A DNA stretch of 64,000 bases from Octopus vulgaris (lineage: Eukaryota): positions 170,934,001-170,998,000 of the forward strand of contig OX597815.1 in the NCBI GenBank assembly GCA_951406725.2, in the 5' to 3' direction. The first letter of the stretch is position 1. The number at the start of each line of letters is the position of its first letter. Below, in pieces: positions 39,735 through 54,929 of the stretch. The position numbers were made by a program, and so were the translations under genes. A model generated the notes under the pieces. The model did no database searches, was not told the DNA's origin, and saw nothing but the letters and a program-made list of their open reading frames with translations.

Positions 39735-40368
39735 ATGGATTGTCTTTGCACAGGGGCCATCCAGACTCCTGCCTTTGCCGTGAACAGGAATTTTCTCTCT
39801 TCGCTCCTTTGCGCCACAAGGTCACAACACCCCTTCCCCTTTAAATCTGACTCCCTCCTCTCGTCTCTTCATCTCACACCTACTTCCTCTCTTCATTCCT
39901 ACCCACCTGTCTCTTGCCCTGACAACCACTTCCTCATCCCACCCCCACACATCCCATCCCCGCACACTAGCACTGACCACTTTCCAGCAACCACACCATC
40001 ATCCACACAACCACACATTACAGACACACACACTTACACACACACATCCACATGTCAAATTGCCCCCCACCCATCCACACGCGCACACAGACGCACACAG
40101 ACGCACGCGCACCTTCGTTTTGTGATCATCAATACTTTATTATCTCCTCTTCTTCCTAGCTCTCCTGTCTAACTACCTGTGTCCATCCAGCCGCCATGAT
40201 TGACCGCTAGCTCTAAAAGCTTTTTTTTCGTATTCTGTCTCTGTTTATTCCATCGCCTTCTTCTCTGTTGGAGAGCATATGCTCGAAACGTTATCGACCT
40301 TCTCACCTTCCCGAGCGTTAAACTAATACACCTGTCTTCGTCTTTTGTTTTTCTGTAAATTGCAACTA

Positions 40369-40370
<2 letters not shown>
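39735..40370 (+). mobile_element. Decayed PLE 3' fragment (Neptune-like GIY-YIG C-terminus + 3' region with HHR-like motif)
   Basis: GLSLHRGHPDSCLCREQE.. then (frameshifted) SLRSFAPQGHN resembles the R..E..I.......P.GLN GIY-YIG end. Motif CTGTTGG-a-GAGC atat GCTC-GAAACGTTA at 40265-40293. Flanked by TA repeats. Confidence 0.65.
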
Positions 40371-40410
<40 letters not shown>

Positions 40411-40429
40411 GAGAGAGAGAGAGAGAGAG

Positions 40430-40522
<93 letters not shown>

Positions 40523-41741
40523 TGCCTCCTTTCAACCATTAATTAGTTTTCTACCAAGTTTTCCAAGTAGGGTGAAGTGAATATCATAGTATTCTCTATA
40601 TAATAACTGAAATTGATTTCTTATTGAAGGATCAACATATATTATGAGACCAATAAATCCACCCAAGGAAGATATGATGTGGTTAAAAAAGAGTACAAAA
40701 CTATATATTTTAATACAGTTAAACCTGTAGTGTAAAGTATTGATCCTTACTTCCACATGGATAATTAATAATTTGATTACCGAGATCCTTGTACTTGATT
40801 GGTACTGATCTTGATTTAATCTGGCGAACTAATGATTCTGCTAGTTCACCTCAATTCAGCAGTTTTGGCAAGAGAGAACAAATCAATTACATCGGCACCA
40901 GTACTTGATTGATTCTGATTTGATCGACCCCAAAAGTATGAACGGAAAATCTAACCGCAGCAGCATTTGAACTCAGAACGTAAAAAGACAGAAGAGGTGC
41001 TGATAAGCATTTTACCCAGTCCGATAACGATTCTGACAAGTCATCTGCTTCATTCATTCAAATTTTTAGCACAAAGCCAGCAATTTTGAGCCGAGGGGTG
41101 CAAGTCGGTTATATTGACCCTAGTATTTGAGTCGTAGTTTATTTTATCGACCTCCTAAAGAATAAAACGCAAACTTGATTTCAAAGTGTTCGGGCAGTTA
41201 ATAATAGTGCAAAAATTGTTATAAAATTGCAACTGAATGAAACTATCTCTTGTGATTTCAAAAGACTACTTTAGACTGTAAGGCTGTGCGCTGTAACTTA
41301 TTTACTTTATGCGTAAACCCGATTTTGATAAGGAATTCCCATCATGCCTGAAATATGATAAGGCCTGTAATTAAAAAGAGAAGCCCAATACAATTGATGT
41401 TTTATTCAGGAAATATAATCAGAATTATAAATAATCAAAAGCCAAAGGAAAAACTGGCACTAGTGTTGTTAATTGAATTGTCATTGTGTTTGTTTATATG
41501 AGGGTCACAGGAGTAGCAACGGATGGATTAGTTTACTCCAGGTCCCTGTATGACAGGGTTCATAATTTCCTTTGGCTTGTCATTCCGGCGAGTGCGCCAG
41601 AAGTGTCTTTGTACCGGACATTAACAGAATGGTTGAGCGCGGTATAAAATGTTTAGCGGCATTGCTTCCGGCCCTTTACGTTCTGAGCTCAAATTCCGCC
41701 GTGGTTAATTTTGTCTTTCATTTTTTCGGAATCGTTAACAT

Positions 41742-41913
41742 AGGCGCAGGTGTGACTGTGTGGTAAGCAGCTTGCTTACCAACCACATGGTTCCGGGTTC
41801 AGTCCCACTTCATAGCACCTTGGGCAAGTGTCTTCTACTATAGCCTCGGGCCGACCAAAGCCTTGTGAGTGGATTTGGTAGACAGAAACTGAAAGAAGCC
41901 CGTCGTATATATG

Positions 41914-41961
<48 letters not shown>

Positions 41962-42160
41962 TATATTTGTCCCTCCAACATCGCTTGACAACCAATGCTG
42001 GTGTGTTTACCTCCCCGTAACATAGTGGTTCGGCAAAAGGGGCCGATAGAATAAGTACTAGGCTTACAAAGAATAAGTCCTGGGGTCGATTTGCTCGACT
42101 AAAGGCGGTGCTCCAGCGTGGCCACAGTCAAATGACTGAAACAAGTAAAAGAGTAAAGAG
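41742..42160 (+). mobile_element. SINE family 1 copy
   Basis: Colinear with 15056-15462; directly follows a truncated family 2 copy (~41610-41740). Confidence 0.85.
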
Positions 42161-42774
42161 TATAAAGAACCAGAGATATTCTCTCTGTCACTAAATCGTT
42201 ATTTTTTCTTTTCTCTAGACACAGTACACATTCAATGAGTTCTTCCTCTTTCGATAAAATAAACTGTGAGTTGAGGGAGATTTCACTGCTATTTCTAGCA
42301 GGTGCGCGCTAACGTTCATTCGATTGCACGTGATACCCGAATTAAGTTTCACTTGGCGGAAATTACATCCTGCTCATGGATTTCATCTTCCAATGTCTTT
42401 ACACGTTTCAGTTAGTCACAACGAGGGGAAATACACCAGCAATATTTTATAAACACGAACAGCAGCCACTTTAATATGTGGATATAATGTACATGAAGGG
42501 AATTTATGAATTAATTATTTAAATTGAAATATTTGATATTAATAACTTCTAATCGCACAACTGATTGATAATTTAATATAATTGATTAATTACGATTTTT
42601 GAAATGGGTCTATCACAGATTAGATTTGACATTTACGAAACTGTAAAAATTAGAAAATGAAAGCCGAAACATGTGTTCAGACACGCATGCAATCACCCAA
42701 ATACACATAGTCATTCATACATGTTGCATGTATGTGTGTAGTAATTTCCCTTATGTATTTTCTCTATGTACTTC

Positions 42775-42829
<55 letters not shown>

Positions 42830-43050
42830 TATAGATAGATAGATAGATATAGATAGATAGATGAATAGATAGATAGATAGATACTTACATACATGCATAC
42901 ATACATATATACATAGAAAGATATACAGATAGACAGATGGACAGACAGACAGATAGGCAGACAGAGATAAATAGATAGGCAGGCAGGCAGGCTGACAGAC
43001 AGACATATAGATAGATAGATTGATAGATCGATCGATAGATAGATAGATAG

Positions 43051-43147
43051 ATAAATGCACATATACATGCATATACACATGCACGTGTACATACATATTC
43101 ATAAATGCACATATACATGCATATACACATGCACGTGTACATACATA
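43051..43147. repeat. Tandem duplication of a 50-bp unit
   Basis: ATAAATGCACATATACATGCATATACACATGCACGTGTACATACATA repeated twice. Confidence 0.85.
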
Positions 43148-43544
43148 CATACTCACACACAGTTATGGCTCTTTGTTTTCAGTGGTGTATATGTGAATGT
43201 AGTATGTGTGTTTGTGCGTGTGTATATGTGTCTACAATATGACTTACGTCAGAATGTGTGTGTGTGTGTGCTGTATTTAAGTGTAAGACATGCCAGTGGC
43301 TTACCTAAATCAGCATTCGACCGTATTGTTTTCACATATGGGACAAGGTCATGCAGGAGATTACAAACAGATTAATTAGTTTCTAAATGACATCAGATCG
43401 ACACATACTATTACACTTAAACTGCTGTCCTATCAATCGAAAATTCATTTCACTTTTTTGACGTTTTTCTTTTTGCATGTCAGAGGTGTATTTATTGTTA
43501 TAAACTAACATTTCCCAACAATATAAATCTATATATTTCTATTA

Positions 43545-43746
43545 TAAGACGGAAGGCCTGCATTTTGGGGGACTGGACTAATCAGCTACGTCAACCCCAC
43601 TATTCATCTGGTACTTATTTCATTGTCCCCGAAAGGATGAATGGCAAAATCAAACTCAGCGGTATTTGCTCTTGTACGTAAATCCGGATGAACTGCCACA
43701 AGGCATTTTGTCCGGCGTGCTAACGGCTCTGCCAGTTCACCGTCTT
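43545..43746 (-). mobile_element. SINE family 2 copy
   Basis: CTGGTACTTATTTCATTGTCCCCGAAAGGATGAATGGCAAA..CGGCGTGCTAACG..GCCAGTTCACCG. Confidence 0.75.
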
Positions 43747-43770
43747 CATATAAATTCCTAATAATCTTAT

Positions 43771-43924
43771 AGGAGCAGGGGTGGCTGAGTGGTAAGAAGC
43801 TGGCTTACCAACCACATGGTTCCGGGTTCATTGCCACTCCGTCTTCTACTATCGCCTCCGGCCGACCAAGGCCTTGTGAGTGGATTTGGTAGACTGAAAC
43901 TGAAAGAAGCCCGTCGTATATATG

Positions 43925-43993
<69 letters not shown>

Positions 43994-44205
43994 TTGTTTG
44001 TGTGTCTGTGTTTGTCCCCTAGCATTGCTTGACAACTGATGCTGGTGTGTTTATGTCCCCGTTACATAGCGCTTCGGCAAAAGAGATCGGTAGAATAAGT
44101 ACAAGGCTTCCAAAGAATAAGTCCTGGGGTCAATTTGCTCGACTAAAGGCGGTGCTCCAGCATGGCCGCAGTCAAAAGACTGAAACAAGTAAAAGAGTAA
44201 AAGAG
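43771..44205 (+). mobile_element. SINE family 1 copy
   Basis: Colinear, with a small deletion in the CORE-like motif. Confidence 0.85.
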
Positions 44206-44231
44206 CAAAAGTGTAAAAAAGTAATCTTTGT

Positions 44232-44496
44232 ACTATAGGCACAAGACCAGAAATTTCGAGGGAAGGGAAATGGTCCATTGTATTGACTCAGTGCTCGGCT
44301 AGTACTAACTACATCGACCCCCAAAGAATGAAAGGTAAGCCGACTTCAGCAGAACTTGAATCGAGAACGTAAAGACATCGACCCTTAAAGAATGAATGGC
44401 AAAGTCGACCTTGAGAGAATTTGAAAGTAAAGACAGGTAAAATGCCGCTAATAATCATTTAAGCCAGCGTGCTAAAATTTTGCTACCTCGCTGCCT
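44232..44496 (-). mobile_element. SINE family 2 copy with internal duplication
   Basis: The segment CATCGACCC..AAGAATGAA..CGAC..GAA occurs twice (~44312-44375 and ~44376-44430). Confidence 0.7.
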
Positions 44497-46724
44497 TATA
44501 TAAGTCTCTAATAAAACCCTTCTTTCACACAAGGAAGATGATATTGTAGAATATTCATGAATTACCCAAGAGCAAGACATAATAGTGCTCTGTGCGGGTG
44601 AAAAACTAGATCCGCAATTACATGGTTCTAGGCTAGGTCCACTGCTCGACACATTAAAAACGTATCCACAACCTTTGCCTCGAGGTCAGCCAAGCTGTTT
44701 TCAATGAAATGAGTTGGTTAGGCAAGCAACTAGATGAAAGTTTCTTTGGGTTGTACATAAATTTATGTGATAGACCATAATCGATCAGAACGTTAAGTAA
44801 CACCACTTGGTTCCTTGCATACATTTTAAGAAGTTGAATCTTGTAACATTGAAGTTACCTTTTCGGGCTGATCATATATTTCTTCCTTTATTTAACTAGA
44901 CAGAGTTCTTGAAAGATATTGTGCGCTGTAATCTTCCGCCTCTGACAAAGCCTCAAAAAATGAACGGATTTGGGTTTTTTTATGAAAAGGAAATGGATCC
45001 TTTCCAATCATTAGGAGATGTGTCTTGCTTTATGGTGCTCGCAGCAGGGGACACTGATTCGTTTGCATTAGTGATAAATTTAGAAATATATTTAAAATGT
45101 TATCAGTTAATGGTGAGTTCTAGTAACCTAATAACTTTTCTTAATCAGTGATATAGGACAAATAAATAATAATAACTCTGGAAACTACATGTACCACGGG
45201 TGTTTTCTTTTTAAGAGTTATCCAATGAAAATCGATGCAATGAATATATCACTCCATGGTAGCTTGGTTTAGTAGAAATATCAGTGAAATCTCCCTGGAA
45301 TCAGATCTCATCACTTTAGAAAAAGTAAGGTCACGCCCGATAGTATAGTCCCTCGATATAATCTCTGAAAATATGACAAAATGGAATTGTTTGATATAAA
45401 TAAAGGCACTCACTTACAGCTCACCTGAAGCTAAGTAACAATAACAACAACGACAAACATAAGCTAGGCATCCGAAGAATGAAATTGAGTTAAACACAAT
45501 TTTCTTCTGTGATGTATCTATTATTCATGCTTTACAGAGACTTGCGGGAAAAAAATCGACGCATACTTGCAACATCAAAAGCTTAATTATTAAATGATTT
45601 GTACGATATAGTGTTTGATTTACATTGACTTAGCAAATAGCCATCATCTTCTTCCCAGTTGTTTCTTACTGGTATCTGTTTTGATAAAGACAAAAGGAAT
45701 GAATAACAGACTGCTCGACAATATTTTAAATGAGAACCGACAAAGATGGAATGTTACAAATAAAGCATGTAACTCCGTTCTTTGCTAGCTCGGTCATGCA
45801 TACCTTCTGAACTCATGCAATCATATTGACTTCATTATGATTAATCACGACAATTCTATACGATATATGAGAGAAAATTAATGATGTGTGATGTTCATGC
45901 TTTTCTCGGTGGCATAAATGGTATAAGTGACCTTGGATCAAACAAGAATCAAAATCACATCAGAATTTGAAACGTCAGCAGCTATCTTATTGTACTCAGA
46001 AAATAAAGATGTATTCTATTTAAACAATAAAATCACCAATATCTAATATATGTACGTAGCTTTAGTAGCTAGCGGTCAATCATGGCGATGGCCAGACATA
46101 TTTATATATATTTATATATATATATATATGCATTTATGTATTATGTACCCGTGTATGCATGCATGCATGTATGTGTGTATGTATGTATGTATGTATGTAT
46201 GTATGTATGTATGTATGTATGTATGTATGTATGTATGTATGTATGTATGTATGTATGTATGTATGTATGTATCCAATGGACGCAAAACAAGGCAGGCTGG
46301 TTTGGGAATAGATCCAAAGCATGAAAACATCGAATCTAAATGAGATGATGAATTTACAATTTTTACCACTTCAAAACCTAATAATAAAACAATATTGATA
46401 TCTTGGGTCAATGAACGAACCCTTACGCGGTAGATCGATCTGAAAGAAATAGATTGCATCCTACTATCTTTAGGAAAATGAATACATTGGAAGATTTTGT
46501 TCTGGATATATAAAAGTATGAAATGGTCAAAATTAGAAAGTTTTTGATGATAAATCTGCTCGATCTAACATTAACCTGAACCTAAAAAATATCAGCAACA
46601 ATATTAATCTTTAGTACATGATAGGCTAACTATAATGCAATATTTTATTTGGAACGGTGAAACTCCATGTAGATAAAGCTACAAATAATAGAATGTAAAT
46701 ATTAGATTAAGAAGAAAACTTTGG

Positions 46725-46810
46725 ACAGATAAAGTCGAGAACAGCCCGTGGGACACGAAACCACATGTTCTACAAGCATGAGACAAACGTTCAACCCTTT
46801 GGACCATTGC
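46725..46810 (-). pseudogene. Degenerate tRNA-like sequence (solo SINE head or tRNA pseudogene)
   Basis: The reverse complement has A-box-like TGGTCCAAAGG and B-box-like GGTTTCGTGTCC at tRNA-like spacing; poor cloverleaf. Confidence 0.3.
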
Positions 46811-47235
46811 AATCCTTCAAATTTCTTTCATCATTTTAGAAAATGTATTCTTACCATCGGTGATATTTAATTAATATTATAACCAAGTCAAATTTGTTAG
46901 TTAAAATAATTCGCAAAAGTATAAAAAATTTATTAATAAAATAAATATGTAGCACTAGCATGACTATGAATAAGAAATTGGCGTTGAATTAATTGACCAA
47001 AACCCTACATTGATCTAATATGGTGGTAGTTTGAAATCAGTATTAGAAGCTTTTACACCTTTCAACAATTAATATTAACTTCATAATTTTAGAGAGTACA
47101 CATCTTTTATGACAATATTAATAGTGATTAAATAACCAATGGCAAAAGCACGTTGCTTGCGCTTCATCAAAGGAAATGCACCTAGCCACACTCCCGTACT
47201 TATGCATGTAGATATGTATATTTTTGTGTGCTTCT

Positions 47236-47278
<43 letters not shown>

Positions 47279-47302
47279 TCTATCTATCTATCTTTTTTTT
47301 CG

Positions 47303-47421
47303 TTTTTGAAACTTTCAAGAGACAAAACCTGCCTAAACATTCTCACCTTCCTTTTCCAGTACCACTTGAAAAGGAAGGTGAGAATGAAGAGGCGGGTTTT
47401 GTCTCGTGAAAGTTTTAAAAA
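47303..47421. repeat. ~120-bp hairpin/inverted repeat
   Basis: AAACTTTCAAGAGACAAAACCTGCCT..CATTCTCACCTTCCTTTTC / GAAAAGGAAGGTGAGAATG..AGGCGGGTTTTGTCTCGTGAAAGTTT. Confidence 0.85.
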
Positions 47422-48756
47422 AAAGCTGGGTGAAAGTAGCAAAGATGGTGCGTGCGAGTGACGAAACCACTTTGAGCATGACCCTTTAAATCGTAAAAGA
47501 GAGAGAGAGCACCTTGCTCTCATGTGTTTATTTCCTCCCTGCCTGAGGTTATCGTGGTCTTTTCTGTAGGCTTTTCTTTCCACGGATGAACCTAATCTTA
47601 TTTCTTACTTAAAAAAAAAATATTTCTTCCTGTGATACACGATCCCTTTTGATTGCCTTTTTTTCCCGATCCCTTTTGATCGGAATTTTACATTTGTTTC
47701 CTTTTTTCCTTTTTCTTTTTCCATCTTCGAAAAGAAAAGTTCTACATTTGTATTTGTCCCCTCTGTGTTCAGCCCTGTGTGGCCAATAAAGAAAGTTATC
47801 TGTATTTAAACTTAAATTTCTTGAGAACAATCTTTTCTTAGTGGTCAGCCTTCTTATATGTATCTCTCTATCTGTATGTATGTATGTATGTATGTATGTA
47901 TGTATGTATGTATGTATGTATGTATGTATATGTGTGTGTGTATGTATGCATATATATTTACACGCAGTAGGTGTATGTTGAGTGGGATATTTGCAGAGTC
48001 ACAGTCATTTTATTTTTCAGCTTATAAAATTGATACATTTTTAGTTTCACATAGCCAAAATGCCAGATTTACAAACGATGCATTCTAACATGCATCCAAG
48101 ACCTAATTTCCCTGCTAACAGTATGAAAGAAGTAGTACATGAAGAGATGTTCATACATTAAATCTACTGGGATTGTCCTTAGCAAATATGATAGAATCGA
48201 TTGCTAGAAACGCATTGATATATATTTCTTTCAATCATTGTCAGATTATGACAATAATACGTTTTATTTCTTGTACTATTAATTGGAATTTTTCCAAGTT
48301 GTCTCAGGGAGATTCATCTAAAAACTGTATTTGATCTAAGGAATAAGACTTGAAGATACAAGTAGAATTATGCATCGTAAAGAGACCACCACTAAAATTT
48401 GAGGATGAAGCCGCGTTCTATCAAGGAAAAAAATCAATGGGACCAGCAATATATTCAGCTTGAATTATACAAGTGAAGTGGAATGTTTAATAAAATTATT
48501 TTCAGAAGGTGGAAATTAAGAGCGTTTTCTTCTTTTTTTTCCTGCAGTTTATATTTCCAATGCAAATAAATCAAATATTATTCCAACATATAGATAAGAT
48601 AGTTATTGGTTTTGGGACTTTTTTTCGTTGCGGTGTAATCTGCTCTACAAAGTAGACATATGGAAGTGTATTCCACTCATTACAAATCCAAATGTTCTTC
48701 TTTCTGAATAGACGGTAAACTAAATGAATCACACACACACACACACACAAACACAC

Positions 48757-48814
<58 letters not shown>

Positions 48815-48876
48815 TTGATAGATAGATGTATATGTAAAATGTATGCAGAGAGACAGATACTTAGATAGATACATAA

Positions 48877-49055
<179 letters not shown>

Positions 49056-50274
49056 TGTGCGTGTGTATATTTATTAACAAATGCTTACATATTTATGCAT
49101 ACTTATATCTACATACACTCATGTGTGTGTATTTGCGTGTGGATGTATGTGTCTCCTATTTGGTGTACCTTTTGTCGGATATGTGTAGGAGTAACAGGAT
49201 TGAAAATATCGATTTGCATCAACAGTTTCAGCATCTTTTCAAATACGATTTTACAACCATTCATTCTTAATTTCTTTATGTGCATATCAAATATTTTGTT
49301 TGATATCTACATAAATCTCTTATTTTAGCATGAATATATAACCCTACCTTTAGAAAAATAAGTATTTTAGCCTCCCAGGCGTTTCAGCTTTAAATAGTTT
49401 CTATGATCTACGTACAAATACGATACAATGTATCACGTATAATAATTTGCTTTCCTGAACGCGAAAAAACATGTTATCTATAAAGAAATTATTTTTCATA
49501 CATCCCTTTTGATTGTTTTCTTTTAATGTTCAGAACAATGGTATAAACTTTTGGTGGATGCTGATAGTTAACTAAATTGATTCCAGTATATATCTTGTTC
49601 ATTGTTTCACTAATTCAGGTGAGGTGAAAAGCAAAATGACCTCCACATAATCTCAAGTCAAAATGTAGAGATTCGGTGCTTCCTCAAATTCTCCATACTA
49701 TTTATTATACTTTTATGACGATTCTCGAAGTCAATAACTTGTGATAACTTCAATATTACAACTGCACCAGGTACCAGTCTGCAATATGAATTTTATTAAA
49801 TAAATCTATAGTTGACCTTCAGCATATTCCTGGTTAGAAATGAAAATTTTGTGCCCTTTAGATATTGTTATAGATATTAACTAAATTCAATATACTTGTA
49901 AAAGACTTCAGCACTTAAAATAACTGTGATAGTCTTTTAGTTGAGTTTGTGGGCATCAATCAGTCAAGTATGAAAAATAAAGTTATTCAGTTCTCTTATT
50001 GAAAGACGCTACCAAATTTTTCTTATGACTACTTTAGCCCTTTAGATGCGAGATTAAATTTCATGATTATTCCACTAATGATGTTAACTGTCTACCAAAG
50101 AACTAGAATTCGTATTATCTGCAAGTCACGTTGCTTCAGTAAACTTGACATATCTCAACGAAAAAATAGTTTCAAGCATGATATTCCTCAACAAATGTTA
50201 GATTTACTATACAAAACTGTTTTCTTCAGTTAAGAGCAATGAAATTTTGATTGTATATATATTTTATAATTGAC

Positions 50275-50478
50275 TTATTTCAGTCATTTCACTGCAGCCA
50301 TTCTGGGGTGACGCCTTGAATGTTTTTAGCCGAACAAATCGATCTCAAGACGTTTTTTTTTTTTGAAAACCTAGTTCTTATTCTATCGGTCTCTTTCGCC
50401 GAACCGCCATTTTACGGTGACTGACGTGAACACACACCATCACCGCTTGTCAAGCGATGGTGGGGACAAGCAAGGACA

Positions 50479-50525
<47 letters not shown>

Positions 50526-50708
50526 AGAAACACACACACATACGACGGTCTTCAGTTTCCGTCTATCAGATCTACTCACAAGGCAACAAGGCATTGCTCG
50601 GCCTGAGGCTATGGTAGAAGACACTTGCCTAAGGTGCTACGCAGTGGAATTGAACCCGGTACTATGTGATTGCGAAGCAAGCTTCTTACCACACATCTTG
50701 CCTGCGCC
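50275..50708 (-). mobile_element. SINE family 1 copy (diverged)
   Basis: Reverse-complement homology to 15056-15462. Confidence 0.8.
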
Positions 50709-51719
50709 TTTCTCTGCCTTTAGGTGTAAAAGGGTTAAATTTTCACTATACGATTACTCGCTTTACATTTCCAATAGATGCACATTAATGCAGAGCCACC
50801 ACTTATACAATATACAGCTGAAGAAAGAGTTGGTAGCAAAAAAGAAAACAACATAATAAATATCAATAGATATTGTATGAATGTATGGATGATGGCATCT
50901 ATGTACGCTCATGAATAATAGAAATGTTATTTTGGAACTATTAAGTTTATAATTGAGAGATTCAACATAAAATTTAGGACAACCGTAGAGAAATTATACA
51001 AATTACTTCAAACAAAAATGTTTAGCGGACGTCCCGAGCTGTTAGCCACATGACCAGAGTCTATCATCAATTTGATCTGTCTAATCGCCAACAAGATTAG
51101 ATTAATCTTCTATAATGTGATCTAACGCATGTCGAACGGCACAAATTTTCACGTGTATAAGAAATGAGTATTTGAATACATACAGATTACGCACGCAACA
51201 CACATACAAATAGGCACACACACATTCACACAAACACACACACGCTATCACACACATTCACACAAACACAAATAGACAGATACATACAAAACACACACGC
51301 GCGCACACGCACACACACACATACACATACAACATAATTCTTCTATCTTTTATCTTTTACTTGTTTCAGTCATTAGACTGCGGCCATACTGCAGCACTGC
51401 CTTAAAAATTTTTTAGTAGAAAAATTCGATCCAAATACCTATTTCTTAGTACAACTATTTCTTAGCTTGGAATTTATTCTATTGGTCTCTTTTCGTAAAC
51501 AAACCATCAGTAGTAGTTGGGGACAAACACAGATACGAAAACGCACACATATTCATGCACACACATGAACACGCGCACACACTCATACACACACGAAAAA
51601 TTGCAATTGCTTCATGACTACCGTCTCGGCTATAACCTTGGAGCATAGGAATCCATTACACCGCACTTACCTAGTGTACCTAATCGTTTAGATCACCTGT
51701 GAACTAAACGCTCATACTT

Positions 51720-51781
<62 letters not shown>

Positions 51782-51860
51782 CACACTGACACGCACAAAT
51801 ACGCACAGGTATATATATATATATATATACACCCACACCCACAAACACACACACACATAT

Positions 51861-52111
51861 TTTCTTTTACTTGTTTCAGTCATTTGACTGCGACTATGCT
51901 GGAGCACCGCTTTAGTCGACTAAATCGACCCAGGACGTATTCTTTGTAAGCCTACTACTTACTCTATGAGTCGCTTTTTCCGAACCACTAAGTTACAGGG
52001 TTGTAAACACACCGATATCGGTTAACAAGCGATGGTGGAGGGACAAACACAGACACACAAACACACACACACACACACACACATACACACACACACACAT
52101 ATATATATATA

Positions 52112-52170
<59 letters not shown>

Positions 52171-52326
52171 AGCTTCTTTCAGTTTCTGTCTACCAAATTC
52201 ACTGACGAGGATTTGGTCAACCCGAGGCTAAAGAAGACACTTGCCCAATGTGCTACGCAGTGAGACTAAGCCTGGAACCATGTGGCTGTGAAGCTAACTT
52301 CTTACTACACAATCACGCCTACGCTT
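51861..52326 (-). mobile_element. SINE family 1 copy
   Basis: Reverse-complement homology with an expanded internal (CA)/(TA) tract. Confidence 0.8.
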
Positions 52327-52344
52327 ATACAGAAAGAAAAAGAG

Positions 52345-52380
<36 letters not shown>

Positions 52381-52914
52381 TAAGAGATGGTAATAGGAGA
52401 GACCGAGAGAGGGGGAGATACAGAAAGTCAGAGCATGAGAACCAGAAGCACTGGACTATACCGAGATGGCTAGACCAAAAAAAAATGGAAGATAAAATTA
52501 GCTTTGTTCAATGTGATATGGCAGTAAATTTACTGTCATGTTTTTTTAGATAAGAACAATTCGGTTTTTGCTTCATAAGGTAACGTAAAACTGAGCAGCA
52601 GAATCCTCCATAACGCGTATACTGATGTTTGTGATATGTTTATATACATCACTGCTGTTGGGTCTAAATGATAGGAAATGAGTGAGATGTAGAAAGAAAG
52701 AAAGCAAAAGAGAAAATAAAAGAAAAAAGAAAATTAAAAAGAAAAGAGAAAGATAAAAATTTAATTATTACAGTCTAATCGGTATTTATTTAGATATAAA
52801 CATTCAATAAAAAATGTCGTGCCATATTCCGACAATTAGCGTGGTTGCATCAACTTATTATGGCAAAGTGCAGATCGTGGAATCTTCTGAATCGCAAACC
52901 TAATGAAATAATAA

Positions 52915-53268
52915 ACCACCTCTAATAATTATGATAGTGCGTTCCGTTTCTCAGGGATGATTGCCCATGCCCAACCTATATAAATAAACAGCTACCTGAT
53001 GAGTAGGTGGATTCGAATGAAACTTTCAAGGATGTTTGGCCTCGTGACTGGCACGAAGTGATTAGATTTGAGGATCGATCCAGTACACGACAAGGATTCT
53101 GGATTATTTTTCCTGTTTTTTTTTACTTAATTTTTGAAAGCGGTCGGATTCATTTTTAGTATTCTCGTTTGTGAGAGCGGTCGAGTTTATTTCAGATATT
53201 CTTGTTTTTTAATCGTTGAGAGGACGTTAGTGTTGCCATGGCGGAGGTTTGTTTGAGTGCACTTGTTA
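52915..53268 (+). mobile_element. Helentron/HINE-like non-autonomous element (decayed 5' end)
   Basis: The 3' end ccatggcggaggttt..gagtgcacttgtt and the internal ..gaaactt..gattagattt..gatcc..ggatt motifs resemble this class as I recall it. Boundaries approximate. Confidence 0.45.
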
Positions 53269-54199
53269 TTATTTAAAATTAAGTACACTGTACCCAACTA
53301 ACTCTACATCTGTTTCGCGCGCAACGTAAGTTGATTTGACTGGAAATTGCCTGTTCAGGAGAAGGTTGCTTAAGAGCACATTTCTAATTTAAGGGGTGAG
53401 ACGTAAACATGATTAGTAACGAAAAGACTATGAAGTCCAGTTTTAAATATTTAGTTCAAGCAAAGTATTTGCATAACAACAGTGTATACAAGTGTACAAG
53501 AAGACACCTATTCATAATCACTGGCTACAACTTTGTAAATAATGTTTTTAATTAAAGACAGCCTGCATACTATTTGATTTTGTCGACTTTTGTTGTTGCT
53601 GGGATGATTTTGAAAACATAAGTTTCTGGATGTCTTTACTCTTATTTTATTATTCCGTGTATGTGTGTGTGTGTGTGTATGTGTTTGTGTGCGTGTGCAT
53701 GTGTGTATAGGCTATTCTTAATCTAATCGGCCCTACATTCCAAACGCAGAAGTTTTGAAACTCAGATATCATTATACAAGCAAATATACAAATACACACA
53801 CACACACTCACGCGCACATATACTTACACACGTATATGTGTGTGTAAACATATATATATACACAAACACTTTCGATTTAAAAGGAATGTGAAATATGCAT
53901 ATGTGTAATATATAGAATTCTGTAATGTACTGATTGCCTTCATAACCACAAAACGCAGATATTTACAGAGAATAACATAGTCTATTGTCTCGACAATAGT
54001 AAAAGCCAGGCATTAACTAACTGTATCAACCATGAAAGCTAGAATTATGAATTATAAAGAATATAGTGGAAAACACCTAAATGAAGTATCGAATATTCTC
54101 GCCGAGCTACTGGTTCCTCTAACTAACGTCCACATTAATTGTAAACTAAACAGTATTCATACATAAAAACTTTCCAATGAATTTTTGAATACTGTAGGA

Positions 54200-54537
54200 C
54201 AGTGCTTTTCAAACTATCTGATGTGGATTACCGGGAGATTTTTTTTTCCAATGTTTCAGGGACAGTAATATTTCTTAGTAATATTTATTTATACCGGAAA
54301 CAATATATATATAATGAATATAATAAAATTTCTATTTTTTAATTTTCCTCTTTCTCTTCTAGTTTCAGCTCATGAGCTGTGGCCATGCTGGGGTACCGCC
54401 ATTCTTATATTATCTTATATTTATTTTGTAAACAAATAATACAATATTACATAAGCATTTTATATGCTTTTTATAATGTTTCTTTCTTTTCTGGAAACTC
54501 GCCGATGAATCGCTGACCGCCACTTTGAGTAGCACTG
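54200..54537. mobile_element. hAT (Charlie-like) MITE with a nested SINE fragment
   Basis: TIRs CAGTGCTTTTCAAACT / ACTTTGAGTAGCACTG; imperfect 8-bp TSD ctgtagga / ctcttgga; SINE 3' fragment at ~54350-54402. Confidence 0.7.
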
Positions 54538-54696
54538 CTCTTGGAGAAACATCGCTCTGAAGGCGATTTTCTCCGACCTTACAAAGTACTCACAAGCACA
54601 CACATATATATGAACAAACACACACTCACACACAAACACACACACATACATATATATAAACATACGTGCATGCATATATACATATGAGTACAGGCG

Positions 54697-54784
<88 letters not shown>

Positions 54785-54796
54785 CAGATAGATAGC

Positions 54797-54858
<62 letters not shown>

Positions 54859-54863
54859 TATGC

Positions 54864-54929
<66 letters not shown>

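Noticed and set aside
52989-53022. CTGATGA...GAAAC hammerhead-like spacing
   Set aside because: No convincing stem II, and it lies within a Helentron-like repeat where GAAACTT is part of the repeat motif; likely chance.
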